From a virus: 64,000 nt of DNA. The translations under genes and the position numbers were made by a program. Location: positions 32,001 through 96,000 of IMG/VR virus record IMGVR_UViG_3300005805_000050. One strand, 5' to 3'. Position 1 is the first letter of the stretch, and every line of letters begins with the position of its first letter. Positions 38,891 to 46,252 of the stretch are shown piece by piece. Below the pieces are notes generated by a model that was not told the origin of the DNA, made no database searches, and saw only the letters and a list, made by a program, of their open reading frames with translations.

Positions 38891-39088
38891 ATGCCATCTT
38901 TCAACATTACAAGAAACATCATAGAAGTCAACGATCAACTCTTCGAAGTCAAAAAGACTTTCAAGGAGGAGAGTGTTAAAGATCCCGTGGGACTCAAGGA
39001 GTTCTTCGGCTACGATGCCTTGTTTAAGAAAGATGGAGTGCTGTACTTTTGTAACCTAATTGTAGAACCAGAAATAGTAACCGATTAA
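38891..39088 (+). CDS. Small hypothetical protein
   Basis: 65 aa ORF between Hsp20 and GroES. Confidence 0.65.
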   Translation: MPSFNITRNIIEVNDQLFEVKKTFKEESVKDPVGLKEFFGYDALFKKDGVLYFCNLIVEPEIVTD

Positions 39089-39096
39089 ACAAACAT

Positions 39097-39390
39097 ATGA
39101 GTAAATTAACACCACTGAACGGAAACGTAGTGCTCAAGAAAGTAGAAGAGTCTGAGCAGACCTACGGACAAATTGTTATTCCAGACATGGGCAAGGAAAA
39201 GCCCGAACTTGGAGAAGTAGTAGCCACTAGCGAGACGTACAACTGGCACAAGGGATCTTTCACCAAATCAAATTTGGAAGTGGGACAACTTGTGTTGATT
39301 CCAAAAATGGGAGCGATGTCATTCTCTATAGACACAGAGGACTACATCGTCATTAAGGAAACTGAAGTATTAGCAATCGTAAAGAAATAA
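39097..39390 (+). CDS. groS: Co-chaperonin GroES
   Basis: LTPLNGNVVLK, IVIPD..KEKP..GEVVA and EDYIVIKETEVLAIV. Confidence 0.92.
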   Translation: MSKLTPLNGNVVLKKVEESEQTYGQIVIPDMGKEKPELGEVVATSETYNWHKGSFTKSNLEVGQLVLIPKMGAMSFSIDTEDYIVIKETEVLAIVKK

Positions 39391-39391
39391 C

Positions 39392-41014
39392 ATGAGCACA
39401 ACTAAAAACGTATTCGGCACAGAACTCAAGGAGAAGCTGTTGGCCGGCATAGAAAAACTAAACGAATCGGTTTCATCAACGCTTGGACCAGGCGGCCGCA
39501 CTGTTCTTATTCGCGAACCTAACGGAGAAGTGAAGATTACGAAAGACGGCGTCACGTGCGCTAAAGCGTTTCACAAACTGGAGGACGACATCGAGGACAT
39601 CGGAGCCCAATTGGTCAAACAGGTGAGTATCAAATCCGCTAACGAAGCGGGTGACGGTACAACCACTTCGACTCTCATCGCAACCGAACTCGTAAAAGAG
39701 GGTTTGAAGGAGATCAGAGGCGGAGCAAACGCTGTGGCTGTGAAGCGAGAATTGGATCGTCTAGCGTCAGCGGTTATCGAAGACATTAAGAAGATCGCCA
39801 TTGATGTCTCTTCAGAAGAACAGATCAAGCAAGTAGCAACCATCTCAGGCAACAACGACGAAGAGGTGGGTAATCTCATCGCTTCAGCTATCGATAAAGT
39901 TGGCAGAGAGGGCGTAGTTACTATCGAAGAGTCCAAAACTGGAGAAACCACGCTTGAAGCAGTAGAGGGTATGCAGTTTGAAAGGGGATACAAGAGCCCT
40001 TATTTCGTTACGAACAACACCACTATGCAAGCCGTGTTGGAAGACTGTTACGTCATGCTTTTCGACGGTCGAATTTCTACCGCTCAAGAGCTTTTACAGG
40101 TTCTGACAAAGGCCAATTCTGAAAGCAAACCGCTTCTCATCGTAGCTGAAGATTTCGGAGACGAGGCACTAGCCACTCTCATCGTAAATAAAATGAGAGG
40201 CATCGTACAAGTGTGCGCAGTGAAAGCTCCAGAGTTTGGCGAACGCAAGACGCTTGTACTCGAAGACATCGCTATCATCACTGGCGGTCAAGTCATATCG
40301 AAGGACAAGGGTCACAAGCTCGACAAGATTCCAGCAGCACAGTTGTCTCAATACCTTGGTAAAGCCCGCATGGTAACAGTATCTAAAGAGGATACTACTA
40401 TCGTAGACGGAAAAGGGTCGGCTGAAGCAATCGAAGCCCGTGCTAACGAGATCAAAGATCAAATTGAAAAAGCACAGTCGTTCTTCGAAAAGGAGAAATT
40501 ACAAGAGCGTCTTGGTAAAATGGTCGGAGGCGTAGCAGTGATTAGCGTAGGAGGAAATTCCGAGATCGAGATCAAAGAGAAGAAAGATCGATTGGAAGAC
40601 GCACTCTATGCAACTAAAGCGGCTCTCGTAGATGGAGTAGTGCCAGGCGGAGGAGCAACACTATTCCGCATTGCGCTGAAGCACAGAGGATGCGAGAGCA
40701 GAGAAGCCGATATTGCAGACGCCATTCTTAAAGACGCTATACAATCTCCTTTCAAGAAAATTCTACTCAACGCAGGTATCGAGAATTGGTGGCAAAACAT
40801 CCCCACTTCAGACAAAGACGTGTACGATGCAAAGTCGCACAAGCTTGTAGATGCATTTGAAGCAGGCATTCTTGATCCAGCTAAGGTCGTGATCACAGCT
40901 GTAAAAAACGCAGTATCGGTCGCAGGCACAATCCTCACTACTGAGTCCGTAGTCTTCGAGAAAAAAGACAAAGACGAAAAGGATAATCAGTCGGGAGGAA
41001 TGCCGATGATGTAA
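39392..41014 (+). CDS. groL: Chaperonin GroEL
   Basis: TLGPGGR, ITKDGVT, AGDGTTT, EGMQFERGY.SPYF, KAPEFG, GVVPGGG and GGMPMM tail. Confidence 0.98.
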   Translation: MSTTKNVFGTELKEKLLAGIEKLNESVSSTLGPGGRTVLIREPNGEVKITKDGVTCAKAFHKLEDDIEDIGAQLVKQVSIKSANEAGDGTTTSTLIATELVKEGLKEIRGGANAVAVKRELDRLASAVIEDIKKIAIDVSSEEQIKQVATISGNNDEEVGNLIASAIDKVGREGVVTIEESKTGETTLEAVEGMQFERGYKSPYFVTNNTTMQAVLEDCYVMLFDGRISTAQELLQVLTKANSESKPLLIVAEDFGDEALATLIVNKMRGIVQVCAVKAPEFGERKTLVLEDIAIITGGQVISKDKGHKLDKIPAAQLSQYLGKARMVTVSKEDTTIVDGKGSAEAIEARANEIKDQIEKAQSFFEKEKLQERLGKMVGGVAVISVGGNSEIEIKEKKDRLEDALYATKAALVDGVVPGGGATLFRIALKHRGCESREADIADAILKDAIQSPFKKILLNAGIENWWQNIPTSDKDVYDAKSHKLVDAFEAGILDPAKVVITAVKNAVSVAGTILTTESVVFEKKDKDEKDNQSGGMPMM

Positions 41015-41023
41015 ATTAGGGAT

Positions 41024-41131
41024 AGTCAGGTGGCGGAATTGGTAACGCACACGTAACGAGCTGATGTACACAGCACCCATAAAGAGAGTTACGTGGTGGT
41101 ATAAATACAGGTTCGAATCCTGTCCTGACTA
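41024..41131 (+). ncRNA. tRNA-like RNA with an expanded, structured anticodon arm
   Basis: Acceptor stem AGTCAGG/CCTGACT, D arm GCGGAATTGGTAACGC, 8-bp stem CACGTAAC/GTTACGTG enclosing 30 nt, T arm ACAGG-TTCGAAT-CCTGT, discriminator A, no encoded CCA. Confidence 0.8.
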
Positions 41132-41160
41132 CAAAAATTAGTTATGAAAAATAAAACAAC

Positions 41161-42042
41161 ATGTTCCTAAACAAAGCAACAGACCAGTCCAACTTGGACA
41201 CCGAGGGAGGCAGGGATTTGAACTACTACCTCGAGATGACCAAGGACTACAAACCCGATTTTGAATTCAAGGTAAAACAGTTGGAAGGGTTCAACGTCAT
41301 AGACGACGGAGAATTCCAATACGGTACCAAATCCAAGATGGGAGATTTCATGATCTCTCAAGTTAAAGAAGATACACTAGTATACGTGGCGCCGAGAACG
41401 GGATACGCGCCTTACTCTCTGACTTACCTCGCAAAGAAGTACAACAAGAAGCTTGTGTTGTTCATGCCCGCTTGCAAAGAAATCTCTGAACACCAACTGA
41501 GGGTCATAGAGGACGGAGCAACACCGATATTCATCAAGACGCCTGCAATGCCAACACTAAACTTATGGGCCAAGGAGTTCGCTAAGAAGACAGGCGCAAA
41601 GTACTTGCCCTTCGGTCTCAAGCACGAGCAGGTGGTTGCAGGCGGAGTGAAGATATTCTACGAGGCATTCAAAAACCAAAACATCGATACGATGTGGACT
41701 GTATTCTCAACTGGTGTGCTGTCCAGAACTCTTCAGATCGCGCTATCTAACACAGCCTTTAATGCTGTTGCTGTTGCAAGAAACGTTCAACCAGGCGAGC
41801 TCGGTAGAGCACACTTTTACAGCTACGATAAAGCATTCACAAAGGAAACCAAAGCCCACGTTCCATTCGATTGCATCAAAACCTACGACGCAAAGGGTTG
41901 GGAGTACATGAAAAAGTATGGCAAGGAAGGCGACTGGTTTTGGAACGTGGCTAGAAACATGCCGAAGGCCAGCATAAAGCCAAGCGATGTGGACTCTGAA
42001 CGCAAGTGGGGAGACAAGTCCGACATGGACAAGTACCTATAA
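41161..42042 (+). CDS. Putative PLP-dependent enzyme (fold type II / PALP-like)
   Basis: GTKSK (candidate Schiff-base Lys), LVYVAPRTGYAP, LVLFMP, VFSTGVLSR and YDAKGW resemble cysteine synthase/desulfhydrase-like folds. Confidence 0.55.
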   Translation: MFLNKATDQSNLDTEGGRDLNYYLEMTKDYKPDFEFKVKQLEGFNVIDDGEFQYGTKSKMGDFMISQVKEDTLVYVAPRTGYAPYSLTYLAKKYNKKLVLFMPACKEISEHQLRVIEDGATPIFIKTPAMPTLNLWAKEFAKKTGAKYLPFGLKHEQVVAGGVKIFYEAFKNQNIDTMWTVFSTGVLSRTLQIALSNTAFNAVAVARNVQPGELGRAHFYSYDKAFTKETKAHVPFDCIKTYDAKGWEYMKKYGKEGDWFWNVARNMPKASIKPSDVDSERKWGDKSDMDKYL

Positions 42043-42084
42043 GATAGATTTCATTATTCAATCCAACATCAGTAAATTACAGTT

Positions 42085-42354
42085 ATGAATATCATAGAAG
42101 AAGCAAACCAGATCGTAAACAAAAGATCACAAGAAAAAGAGCGCCAATACGGTCCCTTCCAAGAGGGCATGGAGCGAGCGGCAATGATTTTCCGAGGAGC
42201 AACAGGCAAGGACATTACAGCTGAAGACATGTACATAGCGTTAGTTGCGCTCAAGCTGTCGCGTCACAGCTACAACTACAAACGAGACAATCTGCTCGAT
42301 GCTGTGGCGTACTTAGGAGCGCTCGATAACCACATATCTAACAAGAAGAAATGA
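42085..42354 (+). CDS. DUF6378-like small all-helical protein
   Basis: IIEEANQIV...RQYG, LVALKLSR and DNLLDAVAY. Confidence 0.7.
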   Translation: MNIIEEANQIVNKRSQEKERQYGPFQEGMERAAMIFRGATGKDITAEDMYIALVALKLSRHSYNYKRDNLLDAVAYLGALDNHISNKKK

Positions 42355-42689
42355 ATTTATTTTATGGTATGTTGGCGGGTGTGTTTGCCCAAATCATAAC
42401 ATTTTTACAACTGCAAGGCAGTGCAAAATGGGGATGGTATAATAAGTATCCTGTACTTATGTTATTGTTGGGATTACCCATATCCTATCTATTCATAAAG
42501 TCTGTAGAGAACATAATCATCGCCTATAACGGAGAGATATGGCCAAGTAGATTGATAGGTTTCGGAATAGGCATCATAGTGTTCTATCTTATGAGTTATT
42601 TCATGTTCAATGAGTCTATCACGCTTAAAACATTCGTGTGCCTCTTCTTATCAGTCTGCATAATACTGATTCAACTGTTTTGGAAATGA
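42351..42689 (+). CDS. Small four-helix membrane protein (SMR/DMT-like)
   Basis: 112 aa with four hydrophobic segments and a terminal FNESITLKT...C..L pattern. Confidence 0.6.
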   Translation: MNLFYGMLAGVFAQIITFLQLQGSAKWGWYNKYPVLMLLLGLPISYLFIKSVENIIIAYNGEIWPSRLIGFGIGIIVFYLMSYFMFNESITLKTFVCLFLSVCIILIQLFWK

Positions 42690-42898
42690 TGCTGGAGTTT
42701 AGAAATCCCATACCGGTGGTAGTGGAAGGCGACAAAGAGGCATATGCGATATACGTTAGGGACGGGGGTACATTTGAGAACGATGTGTGGTGCGTAGTAC
42801 ACTGCGAAGGCGGATACATAAGGCACTATAGAACTGATCAAATAAAACTTCACAGAAACGAAACTTACCAACTTACAAAACCAACTGAACCGAAATGA
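42686..42898 (+). CDS. Small hypothetical protein (70 aa, ATG start overlapping the upstream stop)
   Basis: ATGA overlap with the 42351..42689 stop. Confidence 0.6.
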   Translation: MMLEFRNPIPVVVEGDKEAYAIYVRDGGTFENDVWCVVHCEGGYIRHYRTDQIKLHRNETYQLTKPTEPK

Positions 42899-43032
42899 AA
42901 GGCTTTTTACTTGGCACACTAGGCGTTATATTGGCTTTTGTAATTCCATTGGGAATATTGAAATTAGCAACTAAATTATTAGATACCACAAACAAAAAAC
43001 AACATGAAGATAAAGAAAATCAGGGACGTTAA
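42895..43032 (+). CDS. Possible 45-aa membrane peptide
   Basis: MKGFLLGTLGVILAFVIPLGILKLATKLL...; ATGA overlap with the upstream ORF, 3' end overlaps dut. Confidence 0.35.
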   Translation: MKGFLLGTLGVILAFVIPLGILKLATKLLDTTNKKQHEDKENQGR

Positions 43033-43441
43033 GACTCCCACCAGAGGCACACCCGATAGCGCAGGTACAGATCTGTATATTCCTAAGGACTACACTTCTA
43101 AGCCAATACAATTAGAACCAGGAGAATCCCTGTTCATTCCCAGCGGCATAAAAGCACACGTACCAAAGGGTCACGCTTGGGTTGCAATGAATAAAAGCGG
43201 GGTGGCGGTTAAACAAGGTCTATCAGTAGGCGCACAGGTTGTAGATGCCGATTACGACGGAGAAATTCATATCCATGTATTCAACGTCTCAGATAGAATA
43301 CAAGAAATACAACCCGAACAGAAGATCATCCAAATGGTTTTACTGCCAGTAAACTTCGACAACGTAGAGGTGGTAGATCAGTTACCTGATAGAAACACAG
43401 AACGTGGAACTGGAGGATTTGGAAGCACAGGACTTCAGTAA
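43004..43441 (+). CDS. dut: Trimeric dUTPase
   Basis: AGTDL, NKSG, VVDADYDGEI, IIQMVL and RGTGGFGSTG. Confidence 0.95.
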   Translation: MKIKKIRDVKTPTRGTPDSAGTDLYIPKDYTSKPIQLEPGESLFIPSGIKAHVPKGHAWVAMNKSGVAVKQGLSVGAQVVDADYDGEIHIHVFNVSDRIQEIQPEQKIIQMVLLPVNFDNVEVVDQLPDRNTERGTGGFGSTGLQ

Positions 43442-43442
43442 T

Positions 43443-43925
43443 ATGGGAAGGGAAGAATACATACAAGATTTGAGTGACCGCGCGCATGAGAAAATGCATA
43501 AGCTCGATACTGTGTACATGAATATAGCTAAAGAGGTAGCTACTCTATCTCACTGTAGAAGAAGCAAAGTAGGAGCTATACTTGTCAAAGACGGTAATAT
43601 CATTTCAATGGGTTACAATGGCACTCCAAAGGGTTTTGACAATTGTTGTGAAGAGGGCCAAGTGGATTGGAACGATGAAATAACTCTAGTAACCAAGAAG
43701 GAGGTACTGCATGCCGAAATGAATGCGGTATTGAAAGCTGCAAGAACTGGAAACTCTGTAGAAGGATCAACGCTGTATATAACTTTATCCCCCTGTGTAG
43801 ATTGCTCGAAATATTTATTGCAATCTGGAATCAAAAGAGTTGTATATTTAGAAGATTACCGCGATACGAATGGAGTCGAGTTACTAAAAAATTACATGAA
43901 AATAGAAAAATATGTTTCTGAATAA
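43443..43925 (+). CDS. dCMP deaminase (start placed at ATG 43443)
   Basis: CRRSKVGA, GYNGTPKGFDNCCE, HAEMNA and PCVDC. Confidence 0.93.
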   Translation: MGREEYIQDLSDRAHEKMHKLDTVYMNIAKEVATLSHCRRSKVGAILVKDGNIISMGYNGTPKGFDNCCEEGQVDWNDEITLVTKKEVLHAEMNAVLKAARTGNSVEGSTLYITLSPCVDCSKYLLQSGIKRVVYLEDYRDTNGVELLKNYMKIEKYVSE

Positions 43926-44547
43926 CGTTACGCAGGCATTCGAACTGCTTTATCACGATATAAACACCCGTGGACAAAAATTCGCTGACACTAAAGCCAT
44001 GTTCAATGCATCATTCACAGTATTAGACGTCAAAGATCGCGAAGTAACAACTCCCGCAAGATCATTCAAAGCAGATTATGCCGAGTACGAATTCAATTGG
44101 TATTTGACTGGTAACAGAGACGCAAAGGAAATTTCTGAGCGTGCTAAGATGTGGAAGAAGATGATGGTTGGAGATACTACAGAAGTGAATTCTAATTACG
44201 GATACTTTTGGAAATACAACGATCAATTAGACAGAGTCATCAAAGATCTCAAAGAGAATCCTAATACACGTAGAGCTATAGTTGTACACTACGACATCAA
44301 TGAGTTAGATAGATACAAGTACGATACTCCGTGCAACGATGCACTAAACTTCTATGTAAAAGACGGTAAACTAGAACTTACCGTATTTGCCAGAAGCATT
44401 GATTTGTGGTTCGGATTTTGCAACGATTTCTACACCTTTTCAAGATTGCAAGAAATCGTAGCCAAAGAAACCGGTTACAAACTTGGAAGTATGCATTGGT
44501 TCATAACAAACTTACACATATATGAAAGACACTTCGACAAACTATGA
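43912..44547 (+). CDS. Thymidylate synthase superfamily enzyme, probably dCMP-(hydroxy)methylase type
   Basis: NSNYG, TRRA, catalytic PC, RSIDLWFGFCND (Asp at the E. coli Asn177 position) and NLHIYE. Confidence 0.8.
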   Translation: MFLNNVTQAFELLYHDINTRGQKFADTKAMFNASFTVLDVKDREVTTPARSFKADYAEYEFNWYLTGNRDAKEISERAKMWKKMMVGDTTEVNSNYGYFWKYNDQLDRVIKDLKENPNTRRAIVVHYDINELDRYKYDTPCNDALNFYVKDGKLELTVFARSIDLWFGFCNDFYTFSRLQEIVAKETGYKLGSMHWFITNLHIYERHFDKL

Positions 44548-44854
44548 AGAACAGGGAATTCCTGATGGAAAATATCCCATAGTGAAATGCGTGATGGGTC
44601 ACGAGGAAATTGGTCTAAAATTAGGGCATCACTACACTGTCACACGAACAACTAAAGACGGTCACTTAGAACTCCTCGAAACAAGCCCACCATTACCTTA
44701 TACTTGTTTTCACAAGGAACGTTTCGAATACACTGGAGAGGCTCTCACATTATTTGAAATATTTCCTGAATACCTAAATCCAGAATACTATCCGAATGAG
44801 GATTATTTTGTAGATTCTGATAAACAACAAGACAATGGAAACACCCAAAACTAA
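44522..44854 (+). CDS. Hypothetical protein
   Basis: 110 aa ORF overlapping both neighbours. Confidence 0.55.
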   Translation: MKDTSTNYEEQGIPDGKYPIVKCVMGHEEIGLKLGHHYTVTRTTKDGHLELLETSPPLPYTCFHKERFEYTGEALTLFEIFPEYLNPEYYPNEDYFVDSDKQQDNGNTQN

Positions 44855-45071
44855 TCTAAACATTACACTAGACAAGACAATTCCCATGTCATGTGAAGCA
44901 TGTGAATCTAGTGTATTTCATGAAGTGGTCATGATCAGAAAAGCATCTAAGTTTTTGATCGGAGCCGCTCAAGATGCTCTAATCCCCATACCTGTCTTTG
45001 CTTGCGCTAAGTGCAATCACGTCAATAGTGATTTGTTGCCTCCGGATGTAAGGAAAGAAATGGAGGGATGA
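44835..45071 (+). CDS. Small zinc-ribbon protein
   Basis: CEAC...CAKC. Confidence 0.7.
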   Translation: METPKTNLNITLDKTIPMSCEACESSVFHEVVMIRKASKFLIGAAQDALIPIPVFACAKCNHVNSDLLPPDVRKEMEG

Positions 45072-45074
45072 GTC

Positions 45075-45980
45075 GTGGAAAAGCAAAAACTAGAAATCAA
45101 TCACGCTTACCAGAAAAGCGTGTCGTACAGCCAATTCTCCATGTACACGAATTGTCAATATTCGTGGTACCTTGCGTACGTTAAGAAGAAAAAGGTATTC
45201 AAACCCGGAATCCATCTACTATATGGCACATCTTTGCACGAGACTTTGCAAAACTACTTGCATGTCATGTATAACGAGTCCGTCAAAGCGGCAGACGAAA
45301 TCAATCTTGCTGCATATTTAGAAGATAGGATGATAGCCAATTATAAGGCGGACCTGGAAAATAACGATAAACAACACTATTGTACTAAAGAGGAGTTCAA
45401 AGAATTTTTAGAAGACGGAGTCGCATCGCTCGAGTGGTTCAAGAAACATCGTGGTAAGTACTTCTCCAAGAAAGACACAGAGCTCGTAGGCATAGAGATC
45501 CCCGTACTTCAATCCATAACTGATTACTCTCCAAATGTTCTCATTCAGGGCTACATCGATTTTATTCTTTATCACAAAGATACCGATAGTTATACTATAT
45601 TTGATATCAAAACGTCTACGCGAGGCTGGAAGGATAAAGAGAAGAGGGATGCTACGAAGCTCAGCCAAATCCTCCTCTACAAGCACTTTTACTCTAAAGC
45701 CCTCAACATACCAGAGGACAAGATCGAGGTTAAGTTCTTCATCGTAAAGAGAAAAATTTTCGAATCAGAGGATTTTGTAGTACCGCGCATACAGGAATTT
45801 GTGCCGGCCAATAAGACTAAGAAAGTCAAGACAGCTTTCACAAACTTTGAGAACTTTGTAAAAGAGTGCTTTACTCCAGAGGCAAAGTACAAAGAAGATC
45901 GTGTGTACGTAAAAAATACCGATGCGTGTAAGTACTGTCCCTACAAAGATAAACCTGAACTTTGTGACCGTAAAAACTAG
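45075..45980 (+). CDS. PD-(D/E)XK nuclease, Cas4/RecB-like with probable Fe-S staple
   Basis: SYSQ..Y.NC, GYIDF, FDIKT, QILLY and C-terminal CKYCPY....ELC. Confidence 0.88.
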   Translation: MEKQKLEINHAYQKSVSYSQFSMYTNCQYSWYLAYVKKKKVFKPGIHLLYGTSLHETLQNYLHVMYNESVKAADEINLAAYLEDRMIANYKADLENNDKQHYCTKEEFKEFLEDGVASLEWFKKHRGKYFSKKDTELVGIEIPVLQSITDYSPNVLIQGYIDFILYHKDTDSYTIFDIKTSTRGWKDKEKRDATKLSQILLYKHFYSKALNIPEDKIEVKFFIVKRKIFESEDFVVPRIQEFVPANKTKKVKTAFTNFENFVKECFTPEAKYKEDRVYVKNTDACKYCPYKDKPELCDRKN

Positions 45981-45999
45981 TGTAATTCCATATTTACAT

Positions 46000-46008
46000 A
46001 TATTTATA
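46000..46008 (+). promoter_or_regulatory. ATATTTATA putative late promoter heading the glycan locus
   Basis: Exact motif 14 nt upstream of ATG 46023; a variant ATATTTAC lies at 45990. Confidence 0.6.
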
Positions 46009-46022
46009 ATAAACAGGTAAGT

Positions 46023-46247
46023 ATGGACAAAAAGTTTTCTACGACAACGGTTAAGATACCAGAAAAGATGTATCAAGACTACAAAATAATGAACATCAGA
46101 ACCAATATCAACTTACAAGACTTGGTTCATAGATCGATGTATCTGTATCTCACGGACTCAGAGTTCAGAATGAGAATACATCAGACGTATTCCACCTACT
46201 ACACTGGAAGCGATATGATGAATGCTATTACTAATTTCAAAATTTAA
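46023..46247 (+). CDS. Small ribbon-helix-helix-like DNA-binding protein
   Basis: TTTVKIPEKMY...NLQDLVHRSMYLY shows a strand-helix-helix pattern. Confidence 0.55.
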   Translation: MDKKFSTTTVKIPEKMYQDYKIMNIRTNINLQDLVHRSMYLYLTDSEFRMRIHQTYSTYYTGSDMMNAITNFKI

Positions 46248-46252
46248 CACCC

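Noticed and set aside
41024-41131. Calling the element a normal tRNA-Tyr/Leu or a tmRNA
   Set aside because: The anticodon arm has no 7-nt loop at the canonical position. It has a D stem, no G3:U70 pair and is too short for tmRNA.
45075-45980. Cas4-like nuclease as part of a CRISPR system
   Set aside because: No array or other cas genes; solo Cas4/RecB-like nucleases are common in phages.
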